Shown: piece after piece, positions 12,909 through 25,110 of the stretch | How the letters are laid out: the number at the start of each line of letters is the position of its first letter | Position numbering within the stretch: the first letter of the stretch is position 1 | DNA from: Takakia lepidozioides | Taxonomy: Eukaryota; Plantae; Bryophyta | Direction: 5' to 3' | Length of the DNA stretch: 64,000 nucleotides | NCBI GenBank assembly: GCA_030704615.1 | Contig: CM060732.1 | Span: 62,744,001 to 62,808,000, forward strand | Notes under the pieces: model-generated | The model's input: the letters and a program-made list of their open reading frames with translations, nothing else | Told to the model about the DNA's origin: nothing | The model's database searches: none | Position numbers and translations under genes: made by a program

Positions 12909-14654
12909 CTCCGTAGCGTAACTGACGACCGCTTGACCGGGCGACTTCCTTCCATCGCAAGGCATCTGGGACCCGCGATGGAATCTTGACCGTCAGGGGG
13001 GGATAAGATCGACGGTGAACAGTGGGGCATATTGGTAGAGTCGAGGCAGGATTAGAGCAAGGTGATGGGATGGGTAATTGTGATTAGAGAGGTGTTAGGG
13101 TAATTAATCTGACCGAACGTCTCGAATAAATTACGAGTGCGAAGTTTAGTTAGAGCGGTTTAAGAGCATGGTGGGTTCGGTTAGATTAACCGAAGGGTTA
13201 GTGGGGAAAAGGACACTCAAAAAGCTTCGTCTTTACCCTTTGTACCCCTCCTGCTGTCTTCTGCCTCCCCCTTCTCTGTTTCACACACTTTCTCTGCGCA
13301 CCCACTGTTTCTTCTCTCTCAAGCTTCCAGCTATTGCAAGGCTCGGATGCAATCAGGCATCCATTTTGAACTCAGTCTTACTCACCAAGTCTCACGTGCA
13401 CGGGTGGACACTTGAGGAATATCAGGGTACTGTTGCTTTTACTGTCTTGACGGACATACGGATATACAGCTACAAGCACTGCAGAGAAGCATCTCTTCCA
13501 CGGATAGGCACATTCTTAGGCATTCATCGAGGTCTCTCTTCAATCTGAGATCACAGACTGGATCGCAGATACTTTGATTTTAGTCACTAGCTCACACGGT
13601 CAGTTTTGTCACACAGTCGTGAGATCACCCTGAGATCACCCACGTACACACACACACTGTCACTCCTGTTTGTTCTCTTCTTTTGGTTCTGTATTGGATG
13701 TTTAACTTGAGCATCTAAAAGGACGCTCGATACCCACTCGGGACCTTCTGTTTGTTGAGTAGATCGTCGAAAGCTGGTTGTTAGTGTACAAGACCGGTCG
13801 GATCTGCAGAGTCTGTGTGGTTTTTTGCAATCCACATTGCCCCTGTGGCCACTTTGTTTCCCTAGCAAAGGTTAGAATAGCTTTGGTTGTAGAGCTCAGT
13901 TCTGAGCACAGGGAGAAGCCGGGCAATTTTTGTCACCCTTCACTCCCCTTTCAAATCCCTTAAGTTTCGGGGCCCTTGGATCCCGGAGCTTGTCAAAGGC
14001 ACTAATTTAACAGTGCACAGAGTCCAGAGAAAAGTGTTCTTTTCTTGCATATCAATCGTAGATCAAGGCCAAGGGGGAGATAACATTTGGGCTTCTCCGT
14101 CCCAGGTCTCTTTCAATCCACAGTTTCGCAGTGCGAAGTGGGTTGTCAGAGCCTCTCTTTCATAGGGTTGGTTTTGCCGTTCCTTTCCTCAGCAACCGAA
14201 AATCTTCTGTAGCGGTTCACGGCAGCTGATTGAGAGTCCAAAATCAATCGCCCACAACTGTCCTTGTCTTTCAGTCGAGATCAGTTCATTTTTTCAATTT
14301 CTGTGCTTATTTCAAGTTACAGAAGCAGTTGTAATACTCGTCCATCTTCTCTTGTGGTCTTCTCACACTCTCTCTCGTAGAGGGAACTAGTCTCTTGAGA
14401 TATTACAGGTTAACACAGTCGGACAACTGGCGACCGGGCGAGTTTGTGCTCCTGCATCACATTTGGGTTGCTTCAGGGTACGAGACAAAGATAGACCGCG
14501 AGGATTGGGAGGATCAAGAGGAAAAGAAAGATTTTTCTTCGAGATAAACAACGCAGAAGGCAGTCGATCGTTGAGATTACTGGGGATCTGCAGGGGGACG
14601 CAAACGGGGGACAGAGTGTGCATGGACAGTGATAGGAGGGAAAGAAACGATACC

Positions 14655-16598
14655 ATGGCTGCCGCCACAGCCCAGCGATTTCCCACCATGCCTGTGGGAG
14701 GTTTGGACTTTACGTCAACATATACAATGCGGCCTTGCGAGAGGGAAGTGAGCTATTTGGATATGGTGGCCGGGGCCTGCGACAGAGAATGTTTCATGGA
14801 TTTGGGCGTTAGTAGTCCAAGGGAGAGTTTACTTGACATCGGTATTGCCAGTGTTAGCGAGACCGAAAATGAGAGCTTTCTGGCAGACACTAGTGACGGA
14901 GATTTGTTGAGAGCTTTTGAACCCTTTATAGATAACGCGGCAGTGGCTCGGTTGCGTGTCCCACAAAGTCCGGAATCCACTTCCAGTTCAGCTTCATCCT
15001 CCAACGGAGAGGTTGCATGGCTAGAGGAGCAGAAACCACCGGCCACAACATCGGAGTCACTGTCGATATCCCCACGCAGTCAGGAGGAGACTAGAGTCGC
15101 CGGTTACAATCAGATCCACAACACTCTGGCCTCCCAATTGATCTCTCTCCCCCATGTTGTTCCCCTGCACAACACCACCTCCCAAATGTTTCAGGCCTAT
15201 GCAAATACACACGCAGGGATTTTGTCTTGGCCGCAGTCTCAAGGAGGCGAACAATATTTTACACTTGTAGGAGCTGCTCCTGGCAGCCAGGTGAATGCCA
15301 TGGGCCTCCCTGGGCTTGTTCCTGTGGCAGCCATCCAAATAATGGGAGGACAGGAGTACGCTCCCTCACAGGAGCAGCTCCAGCACTTGCAGCACCTGCA
15401 GGTGGCAGAGTTACATCATCATCAGCAGCTCCATCTTCAGCTCCAGGCTGCGCAACAACAAGCGGCAGACCACCACAGCCAGACCTATGAGCATCAAAGA
15501 CCGTGGAGTAGCACATGTGAGGCTTTAAATTTGAGCCCCAGGGCGCAGACGATGAAACACCAGAAGCAGGATAAGCGATTAGGAGGCCCCCGACAAACCA
15601 AGTTGTTTCGGGGGGTGCGGCAGAGGCACTGGGGGAAATGGGTGGCGGAGATCCGACTTCCAAGGAATCGAACGCGACTATGGCTGGGGACCTTCGACAC
15701 TGCTGAAGAAGCAGCAATTGCTTATGACCAAGCTGCATACAAATTGAGGGGGGAGTACGCCCGCCTGAATTTTCCCCATCATCGGTTTCATCAGGGTGAT
15801 TCTTTTCCAGGAGGTGCTCATTCTGACCCGAGCTCTTGGGTCAGCGTGACTCCAGCAAGCACTGGGTCGCCCTCGGAAAGGGTGCTCACTTCCACACTTG
15901 ACGCCAAACTGCAGGCAATCGATCAAGAGACAAAGGATCCAGGTTTTTCTGTCTTGTCTGAGCGTGGTGCACAGATCGACCCAGACATTGAGCCTGACCC
16001 CTGTAAATCTGGTTTTCAGGGTTCTTGCCAACTGGCATCCCACAGTTCGCCTTCTGGGTCAATCAAGGAAGAGGATGCCTGCATGGTGGCTGCAGTGGGT
16101 GCTGAAAGATTACATATGGAGAGGGGTGACAGTGATCAGACAGTTGCGAGCCCCAGCCCCGCCATGCTGGGGTCAGGTGGTGAATCAGGGTCCGTCAGCT
16201 CATGCAGATCGGAGGTATGTGACAGCAATGTTGCAGCCTCCCCAGTGCCATCTATGTGGGCAGATATTGATGAACACTTGCTCAGCAGTTTTTCCAGTTT
16301 TGAGGTTGACATGTCATGGGATGTTGACCTGCCTATGAGCAATACTCTATGTAGCAGCTCCAATCCAGAAGGACTGGTGGGGCTGAAAACCCCTCTGCTG
16401 TCAACCAGGAGCAGTTTGTTGAGTGAAATGAATGTGTCGGGAGCGGCTGGGCAGAAGCCCCTTTTGTCAGCAACAAATATTAGTTTGCAGAGCGGTATGA
16501 GCTCATTTGGCTCAAATGACAAGCAGCCCCCTGCCTCCCCATCATTGGTCATACAAACACCTGCCCACCAGGTGTATGTGTGGAGAGACTGCAAGTGA
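14655..16598 (+). CDS. AP2/ERF transcription factor, DREB A-6 / ERF group Ib (RAP2.4/WIND-like), intronless, ~647 aa
   Basis: AP2 domain [59 protein letters not shown]. Group-Ib motifs [10 protein letters not shown] and [10 protein letters not shown]-rich tract. MAAA start in ACCATGG context; an alternative in-frame ATG is at 14622. Confidence 0.93.
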   Translation: MAAATAQRFPTMPVGGLDFTSTYTMRPCEREVSYLDMVAGACDRECFMDLGVSSPRESLLDIGIASVSETENESFLADTSDGDLLRAFEPFIDNAAVARLRVPQSPESTSSSASSSNGEVAWLEEQKPPATTSESLSISPRSQEETRVAGYNQIHNTLASQLISLPHVVPLHNTTSQMFQAYANTHAGILSWPQSQGGEQYFTLVGAAPGSQVNAMGLPGLVPVAAIQIMGGQEYAPSQEQLQHLQHLQVAELHHHQQLHLQLQAAQQQAADHHSQTYEHQRPWSSTCEALNLSPRAQTMKHQKQDKRLGGPRQTKLFRGVRQRHWGKWVAEIRLPRNRTRLWLGTFDTAEEAAIAYDQAAYKLRGEYARLNFPHHRFHQGDSFPGGAHSDPSSWVSVTPASTGSPSERVLTSTLDAKLQAIDQETKDPGFSVLSERGAQIDPDIEPDPCKSGFQGSCQLASHSSPSGSIKEEDACMVAAVGAERLHMERGDSDQTVASPSPAMLGSGGESGSVSSCRSEVCDSNVAASPVPSMWADIDEHLLSSFSSFEVDMSWDVDLPMSNTLCSSSNPEGLVGLKTPLLSTRSSLLSEMNVSGAAGQKPLLSATNISLQSGMSSFGSNDKQPPASPSLVIQTPAHQVYVWRDCK

Positions 16599-18617
16599 CA
16601 GCCTTGTGCTATGGATGAGAGGGAGGTGAGAGAGCTCTCTGGCTGTATCCATGGAGGCACCATCATGTGGAGCTGTGTTAGTGAAAAGGCTTGGCTTGTA
16701 GCGCAATGTTGCTGTTAGACTGGAGGGATTTTCTCGGAACAGGGTTGCTGAAGAGTTCTAAGAAACATTACTTCCAAACACAGGTTGTAGGAGCTACACC
16801 TTAGTGACCTCTCACAATAGTCGCATTTTTGAGTCCGACTTGAGAGATCCTGTGAAGTCTGAACAATCTTCACTTAGACTTAGAGACTTTGGAGCCAGAG
16901 TCAAGCCCTTTTCCAGTTACATTGGCTATATTTGGTGGGTTCTTTAGTGGCTGCCCTGTGGCGCCCTCGTCCCACTCTCTCATTGTAGAAATCAAATCTG
17001 TACAAATTTGTCACTTCAGATCTGTTTCGGGTCTTAGACACAGTCACTCACTGGAGGGGACCCAAGTTGCCTCTCTAGAGAGTCACATGATGCACACACA
17101 CCTACTCCATTACTCAGATCCCATGACAACTTTTCAGCTCCTGGAAGCTGCTGGGTGGCATTGTCTTGTCAGTTAATTAAGCAACTGTGAGAAAGTGAGG
17201 GAGATGCCAGATGGATGGCATTCTCCCAGAGATGGAAGACTGTTGGAGGGAGTACCCTCCCATTGGTAGTTGATGAGGTGACAAGAACTGGCTTTGATCA
17301 GCTCACATGCGAGAAGATTATGGTATAAACTTGAAAGGGAGGACAAGTGGCCGTTTTAAATCGCAAGGCGTTGCAGAATCTGGTTCAGACAGGGAGACTT
17401 GAAATGTTTGCAGTGCTTTTAAGGAAAGTTTGGCAGTTCATGGGGCCAACTTCGGAGATAAGGCTGAAGAGTTTGGAATGTGTAGAGGTCTCAATGCGGA
17501 GCTTTTGAGGCCGGAACTGTGTGGCAGTTTTGTTGTGGCTGACAATGGTGATGGACCCAAAAATTGTGGTGCAGAACATACTTTGAAAGTCGCAGCTCCT
17601 TTGCAGTGTACCGACTATGGCACACAGCAATCAGTGACTGAGATCTTCTATATAAAATAATGTCCGGATTACCTGTTTCAAAGGCATGGGTTGAGGAGGT
17701 CTTGGTTGAAAAGAGACATTCCAGCACAGACTTGATGGGTTGGGGGCAGATCTGTAAGGTGCAGACTGAATTCCTGGGCCTGTAGAATGCTGTTGTGATA
17801 TCCGACTGGGATCTGATCAGATGGGATACACTAAATAAGCGTGGTTCAAAGTTCCTTGCTTGGGCCAACAGAATAAAGTGTTTTGATGTGTTTTAAAGGG
17901 ACCTTCAATGTGTCCATTGTAGTCTCTCCTGCAAAGTGACGTTCTTGTTCTTATAGCTGGAACTCCTCATTTTTCTCTCTGGAGGGTTATTGGCGATGCC
18001 AACACAAACCACATGGCACATCTGTTGCAAACTAGAAGGCTAGAGTGGCAATGCCGGAATTATTCACATGCTTTCTCCCCCTCAGACAATTTGGTAGGGT
18101 GTAATTCCCCAACCAGCTCCACACTGTAGAATCCCCAGGGAATATGCCCTTCGTTTTATATTGAATGTCCCAAAACAGTCTGTTTCCTATATTACTCTAA
18201 TGTGGACAGTTCTTTCACTCTTCCTCCCTCTTTGAACTTATTGTGGGTAAGCTAAATTTCCCATGTCATTCTTTCCCCAGTGTATGCCTTCAACCTCTAA
18301 ACAAACTTGTAGACACTTGTGCTGTTACTCATTGGGGATTGTCCTTAGACAGTCAATAGAGCAAGGGTTACATGGACACTCATTCTCTCCTTTGGTTATT
18401 AGCAGAGGCAGACAGCCTACCAAGCATGGTTTTGTTGTCTTTCCCATGGCACTAGTGAATGGTGAAAGTTTGTTCACTACCCTCACCATCATGCATGCTC
18501 CACAGCAGGTACTCAAAATGTATTCCCATCCACAGCTAGTTCAATTGTATGATGCAGTTCCACCATCATCTGATGGAGGGCAATGATGTCTAATGGCATA
18601 TTATTACCTTCAAAGTT

Positions 18618-21467
18618 TCACCAATAATCCCCACAAGAACAAACCCCCTCTCGGAAGTGGTGAAAGCGATTGACATCGCGTACAACAACTTCTCGCCCGG
18701 CAATCTTCGAGATAAACTTGGTGGCAGTGTGGCAGTCACCACACACCCGAAGGTTCTTAGTGATGTGGATGGGCATCCCAGGGGGTGTGCTGATAAGCCC
18801 AAAAGCAATGGCCAGTTTCTCGCTATGGTAGCATAGAGAAAATTCCTTTTGCTCCTCCTCCACATCATGCAATACAAAGCGCGTGTCAGGTACATATCCA
18901 GCCTCCTTCATCTGCTGGAGCAATCTCTTCAGCTCGCCATGGATTTCCTCAACTTGTGGATGTAAATTGTCTTCTACAACAAATGAATTCACTTGGTAAT
19001 TGACTTCAATGAAGGTGCGCCCTTCCTCCTTTCTCACACCCCTGTTCTCCATAAGTCTCCTCAGCATTGCTTTATCGTTCCACCTGCCATCTGCAGCATA
19101 GATGTTTGATAGCAGCACATACGCTGCGGCATGCTGAGGATCCCTCTTGAGAATGCAAGTTGCAGCACGTTCCGCTACCTCTACATTGCCATGAATTCTG
19201 CAGGCACCAAGCAAGGCTTTCCACACAGAAGCACCTGGTTCAAATGGCATCTTGTTAATGAAGTCCTCTGCCTCATCCAATTGCCCTGCACGCCCAAGAA
19301 GGTCCACCATGGAGCCAAGTAGCTCCAACGTAGGTGTGAGGCCATGGACTTGAGTCATGGAATCAAAGTAGCGATGGCCTTCGTCCAATAGGCCCAAATG
19401 GCTGCATGCAGAGATCATAGCGGTGAAAGTGACAGCATTCGGCTTCAAGCCTTCTTGCTGCAATTGTTCAAATAGTTGGAGGATCTCCCTACCACACCCA
19501 TGCTGGGCATATCCTGTCATCATTGCATTCCATGAGACCACATTTCGTGCAGTAATGTCATTAAATATTTGACGTGCATCAGTTATGCTCCCGCATTTGG
19601 CATACATGTCTACAAGGGTTGTCTCCAGAATGACATAAGATGCAATTCCAGCTTTGATAATGTCAGCATGAACCTGCTTACCCTTTTCCAGGGCTCCTAG
19701 ACTGGCACATGCATTGAGCACACAAATAAATGTGACCTTGTCTGGTGTCATCCTTTCCCGTTGCATTTGCTCATAAACTTTGAGAGCCTCTTCAGCATTC
19801 CCATGCTGGACATATCCTGCAATCATAGCAGTCCATGAGACCACATCTCGTGTACTCATTCTATCAAATATTTCACGGGCATCCTGCAAACTTCCGCATT
19901 TGGAGTACATATCAACAAGGGAGTTCTCTAAATATATACATGATGCAAGTCCAGCTTTAATGATGTCAGCGTGGATCTGTTTGCCCTTATCCAGGGCTCC
20001 AAGAGTGACACACGCAGTGAGCATGCAAATGAAGGTGACGCTGTTGGGCGTCATGCCTTCCATTACCATTTGCTCATAGATTTTGTGTGCCTCTTCTCCA
20101 TGCCCATGCTGAGCGTATCCTGCGATCATTGCGTTCCACGACACCACAGTTCGTGCAGCCATTTTGTCAAACAATTGACGTGCATCCTTCATATTCCCAC
20201 ATTTAGCATACATGTCCACGAGGGTGTTCTCCAACTTAATAAATGACTCAATTCCAGCTCTAATGACGTCAGCATGGACCATCTTGCCCTTATCCAGGTC
20301 TCCAAGACTGGCACAAGCATTGAGAGTACAAATGAATGTGACCCTGTCAGGCATTACCCCTTCCTGTCGCATTTGCCCATAGAGTTGGAGAGCTTCTTCA
20401 CCATGCCCATGCTGAGAATATCCAGAAATCATTGCATTCCATGAGACCACATCTCGTTTGGCCATCCTGTCAAACACTTGTCGCGCGTCCTTTATGCTTT
20501 TGCATTTGGCATACATGTTAACCAGGGTATTCTCCAGATTCAGATATGATGCAATTCCAGCTTTGATGATGTCAGCATGGACCTGCTTGCCCTTTCCCAG
20601 GACTCCTAGACTGGCACATGCATTGAGAATGCAAATAAATGTGATCCTATCGGGCATAACCCCTTCCTGTTGCATTTGCTCATACATCTTGAGAGTCTCT
20701 TCACCATGTTCATGCTGAGTATACCCTGTGAGCAATGCATTCCATGAAACCACATTGCGTTTTGTCATTTTGTCAAACACTTGACGTGAATCGGTTAAGC
20801 TTCCACACTTGGCATACATGTCAACAAGACCTGTCTGCAGATTAATGTGTGACATAATTCCAACTTTGACGATGTCAGCATGGACCTGCTTGCCCTTTCC
20901 CAGGGCTCTCAGACTCGCACATGCTTTGAGAACACAAATAAATGTGACCCTGTTGGGGATCACCTCCCCTTGTCGCATTTGCACGTAGATTTTCCAAGCC
21001 TCCTCGGCATGCCCATGTTTGAGATATCCAGCCATGATTATATTCCATGAGACCACATCTCGTTCAGCCATTTTGTCGAACACTCCACGTGCATCCTTGA
21101 TGCTCCCACACTTAACATACATATTCAGAAGGGTATTGACTACAAAGATGTCCGGCATAAATTGACCTTGAATAATGTGGGCATGCACCTGCTTTCCTTC
21201 TGCCAAAGCTTTCATGTTGATACACCCCTGCAAGAGACAGGCATAAGTATTGGAGTCTGACTGAATGTGTCCTTGATCCAGAAGGTGCAGCGCCTCCTTC
21301 ATTCTTCCCTCCTTACAGAGGATCCTCACTTCGCCAGTAGGGCCAGATGTAACATTATTCACTCCCTCTTTTGGCCCTGGTTCAAAAGTGCTGGTAATTG
21401 CGAAGGAGCTGACCCAGCTGCAAGTCGGATCCCCAACAACCATTTGCCCCTGATGCAACCCTGCCAT
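18618..21467 (-). CDS. PLS-class pentatricopeptide repeat protein with E/E+ and DYW deaminase domain (organellar C-to-U RNA editing factor)
   Basis: About six regular ~101-aa PPR triplets (LVDMYAKCG / VVSWNAMI / [13 protein letters not shown]), E domain, [19 protein letters not shown], ends CSCGDYW. First in-frame ATG is at 21467; an upstream exon cannot be excluded. Confidence 0.95.
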   Translation of the reverse strand: MAGLHQGQMVVGDPTCSWVSSFAITSTFEPGPKEGVNNVTSGPTGEVRILCKEGRMKEALHLLDQGHIQSDSNTYACLLQGCINMKALAEGKQVHAHIIQGQFMPDIFVVNTLLNMYVKCGSIKDARGVFDKMAERDVVSWNIIMAGYLKHGHAEEAWKIYVQMRQGEVIPNRVTFICVLKACASLRALGKGKQVHADIVKVGIMSHINLQTGLVDMYAKCGSLTDSRQVFDKMTKRNVVSWNALLTGYTQHEHGEETLKMYEQMQQEGVMPDRITFICILNACASLGVLGKGKQVHADIIKAGIASYLNLENTLVNMYAKCKSIKDARQVFDRMAKRDVVSWNAMISGYSQHGHGEEALQLYGQMRQEGVMPDRVTFICTLNACASLGDLDKGKMVHADVIRAGIESFIKLENTLVDMYAKCGNMKDARQLFDKMAARTVVSWNAMIAGYAQHGHGEEAHKIYEQMVMEGMTPNSVTFICMLTACVTLGALDKGKQIHADIIKAGLASCIYLENSLVDMYSKCGSLQDAREIFDRMSTRDVVSWTAMIAGYVQHGNAEEALKVYEQMQRERMTPDKVTFICVLNACASLGALEKGKQVHADIIKAGIASYVILETTLVDMYAKCGSITDARQIFNDITARNVVSWNAMMTGYAQHGCGREILQLFEQLQQEGLKPNAVTFTAMISACSHLGLLDEGHRYFDSMTQVHGLTPTLELLGSMVDLLGRAGQLDEAEDFINKMPFEPGASVWKALLGACRIHGNVEVAERAATCILKRDPQHAAAYVLLSNIYAADGRWNDKAMLRRLMENRGVRKEEGRTFIEVNYQVNSFVVEDNLHPQVEEIHGELKRLLQQMKEAGYVPDTRFVLHDVEEEQKEFSLCYHSEKLAIAFGLISTPPGMPIHITKNLRVCGDCHTATKFISKIAGREVVVRDVNRFHHFREGVCSCGDYW

Positions 21468-24400
21468 CCTGTGATGAAAAATTCCTATTACGAATATCTC
21501 AAAGCTTCTATAGGTATACGTCAAAGAAAAACCCCTCACACGGACAAGTTTAGCGTTGACTATTAACAGCTTTACAACAACAATGCTGTTAACAAACTAA
21601 AATTTGGCAATTCAATCTACTTGAAGTTGTAAATTTGAAGTCATCCACAATAAACACCATAGCTGGCCCCTTAAAGAAAAATCTGTGCAAAACACTCTGG
21701 AACAAGAAAACAGTGGCATACCAGTTGTGTTCTCAGCCTGGTAGTCCATGCTGCAATACAATAAACCATCGCAAGATACCGCTTGACCTTGTGACATATC
21801 AGCTAGCTTTGCTTTTGCCCAAGGAGGTTTTGAATGGCTCTCCATCCATAGGGCCTCCATGGCGCTCATAAGTTTGCGGCCTGAGAATTACAATTATTCT
21901 GTGAAAAATACTGTTGTGCAGCTGAGCAGTCATATCCTCAAGTAAATCTACTCCGTCCCACCAATGAAAACTGGTTTAAAACGTATGACAGACAGGCATC
22001 ACCATTATATGGTCAGCAACCAGGTGCTAGCAAAGTATGCTGGTAACACTTGAACGACCATCAACGCTCTCTTGAAATTGGCCAGCGTTTTCTAAGTAGC
22101 TCCGCAAAATCTCGTCATTGATCCCAATACCCAACGGGCAGCTGCCCTTTATACTTTGTTTCCAAAGTAGTTCTATTGTTGTAACCCTGCAAAGCTTTTA
22201 TTTATATGGTTCTATGGTTCTTTTCTGACTACTTTCTGTCCTTGGGTCCTCTGGGCATCCCGTGGACGTAATAAAATTCTTTCTTTCTCTCTCTCTCCAC
22301 ATACACATGTGAAAATGAATAGGCCGGGATAGAAATATACCAGAAGCTCCATACGTTGCAGCAGATTCTGAAGGAATCGGTGGGGTGGGAAAAGGTCCAT
22401 AGTCAGGTCCCTCTACGGCCCTTATTCGAACGTCCTGAAAACTTCTTCGACCCACACGGTTGTAGTTTCTGGTAACGTGGGTCAAGGATAGTTTGGAGCC
22501 GGTATGGCTCGAGCGCAGTATGAAGGTGATCATGGCTTTCTCCGCAGAGTGCTGCTGTGCTATGAGTGATCATGGCTCTCACAGCAATTTCTGGCTGCTA
22601 CGCTTGCCACTCTCTACATGTTGGCGGCTTTCTCTGCACATTCTCGAGATTGCGACTGCGCCTGCCAGCTCCTCTGTTTTATGGATGCTTGCTGGCCGAA
22701 GCGAAGTTGTTGTTGTGGGGATGTTCCTTGCAAGATTCCCTGAGAACCCGTAGCCCGAAGACCTTCAAGATCGGAACGGCGGTTTGAGCGTCCCCAAGGA
22801 ATCTGAATTTAATGGACGTCGGGAAAGGAATAAGCCCTAAACCCCACACGTGACCATGTTGAAGGAGCAAATTCTGGAGATCACCGAGAGGGTATTGGAC
22901 TCCCTGACGAAGATTCCTTGAGGAGTTGGGTGCATCCATCCAAAAAACGACTTCAGTCAGTGTTGTGCCTCAGTTTGACGGTTGTGCTGCTGGGAGGGAA
23001 GGCAGTAGAGCACAGCACTTCAGCGCAGAAGGATGCAGAGTCCCCGGACACACATCGACAAGTACGTCAAGGCCTTGCATTCCTCGCACATCTCAGAGTC
23101 CATGGTACAAATCCATCTTCCAGTCCATGTGAAAACACCCCTGATATGTTATGCCTTAGGATACTTCTATGTGATTCGGTTATTCGACCTCTCTTTCCTT
23201 GGTTTCGGAGCTTCAACGCTTTTGACGGCTTCATATACAATGTAACAGGGGAATACATCTGAAGGGAGTAACAATTGGGTGTATATGAGTGAATACGCAG
23301 TTGGGCGTTTGAGGGATGGGGTGATATTTGTGCAGGATACCTCGCGCCCAGTTGCAAAAATAGGGTGGGATGTGGACCAGCCCCAAGACATGGGCGACGG
23401 GATATTCAAACTGGGAACAAACGTCCGCCGCCAACGCGGGTCCTTTACTTCTTCGTGTCTTTTTTTCTCTATTACCATTTCAAATCCCAACCTAAGAACA
23501 GAAATCATGGAAAGAGATGGTTCCTGGAGTTCCATCCACCTCAGAATTTGCCCGGAAGATCTCTTGGGGAAAGCCGCACTTAAAAGCCTGAGTCAATCAT
23601 TTGGGAGGAATTTCTGTGAATTTCCAGTCGAAGGAATCATCAGAGTCAGACACATAATCAGGCGGTTGTGTTGTCTTCCTAATGAAATGGCTATTGCGTG
23701 GCGGTCTCCCCTGGGAACAGACAAGTTATGCAAGTAGCCCCCGATCGGACCAAACATGCGGAGGAAGATGGTATGTAAGGTGCCCTTCATCTCTTACCTT
23801 GATCGATTTTGAAGTCCATTATTTTCACATTGATGTTTGCGAACTGCATTTTGAGATCGAAATTGACCGTGCATAGCAGATGTGCGACTGTGGATCCCCT
23901 GGATGTTTTAAGATATCTTCCTTCTTCTTTTCTTTCTCTCAATGCTGAAACTCATGCCGCATTTAGCCTAAACATCTCTGTGGTAAACCAACGGGTTTAT
24001 GGAATATCAAAACCTCTTCCTGTGTCCTCCAACAAGAAAGATATAGAACCATATCCGACAGAGTGTTATGGGAGGATTGCAGAGACTCAAGACATACCTG
24101 AGCTGGAGGATGGCCTTGACGGTCGAGCAGAGGTATATCTCTCTCTTCTCTACTTCCTAAAATGTAGAAAGGCCTAGTAACACCACTCAGGAATTGCCTA
24201 AATCTGTCCAGGAGCAGGACAGTTTGGGTAAACGAAGTCACTCATTAGGGTCAGCCCTAGTTGGTTAAGGTAATACCGCTTCCCTACGTCTTTTGCGAGA
24301 CAAGCAGGCAAGGAACACTTACCTTACTGCTGCGATATGGCTACAAGCAAGGTACTTGTCCAGGTTTTCTGAGCACATAATGCTTAGTATACACAGAGAG

Positions 24401-24590
24401 GACAGTTTGGAGAGAATATATGGATTTGACTAGCTCTACTCTGAACATGTGAATAGTACCTGCAAGCTAAGGGCTTCTACATGGGACCTTCTGTTTGAGT
24501 ACATTGCAGTGATGCTATGGGTATGCAAATGCTGGTATTTCTACTAAGGGCAAGAGACTAAGGGAAGTTAACTCTTTGAGCTCTTTCCGG

Positions 24591-24834
24591 CCTTGGATGA
24601 CTAGATGTCTATGTGTTGTTTCTCTACATACACAATCACTTTGAAATGCCTTGATTGATGGTACTTCACACCTCAAAAACTGTTAGTCATTGATCAGAAA
24701 TTCTCGCCTGCTTACCTTCACTAGGCAGTCCATCTTTGTGCAGTGGATACTTCGTCTCTAGTCCTTTCTTGTTCTGATTCTGTTCTGGTCCATGGGGTCT
24801 TTCTGCTTTCTGTGGACGTCGTGAAGGGTTTTAG

Positions 24835-24875
<41 letters not shown>

Positions 24876-25110
24876 CGAATCTGCCCAGGCCCTTTTGGGG
24901 CCTAGTTATTGGGCAAATCACACACAGCAGATTGATGCTTGTGTACAGGGATTTCTAGAGGATATCTAGAAAGCTGTGATCAATTATCTGTTCCAAGGTA
25001 AGTCATACTACTGGCCTCAGCCCCTGACAAAGGTAGTTTCTGTCCCTTCGTGTTCCGCTCAAACTGGGCATGGGGTCAATGGCCACAAGGCTATGGCAAA
25101 CAACGTCTTA
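24591..25110 (+). mobile_element. Family B retro-insertion (longer copy containing a (CT)n tract)
   Basis: 24885-25110 is highly similar to 8355-8575 and 50066-50300 (inverted) and ends GTCTTATCAGTACATT. Possible imperfect TSD CTCTTTCCGG (24581-24590) / CTCTTTTCCGG (25111-25121). The 5' boundary is tentative. Confidence 0.7.
24840..24870 (+). repeat. (CT)n microsatellite
   Basis: Direct observation. Confidence 0.9.

Noticed and set aside
14463-14621. N-terminal extension of the AP2 ORF in the track
   Set aside because: Starts at TTG; the conserved MAAA start at 14655 is more plausible.
14753-16666. Antisense or alternate-frame ORFs over the AP2 gene (likewise over the PPR gene)
   Set aside because: Shadows of real coding sequence.
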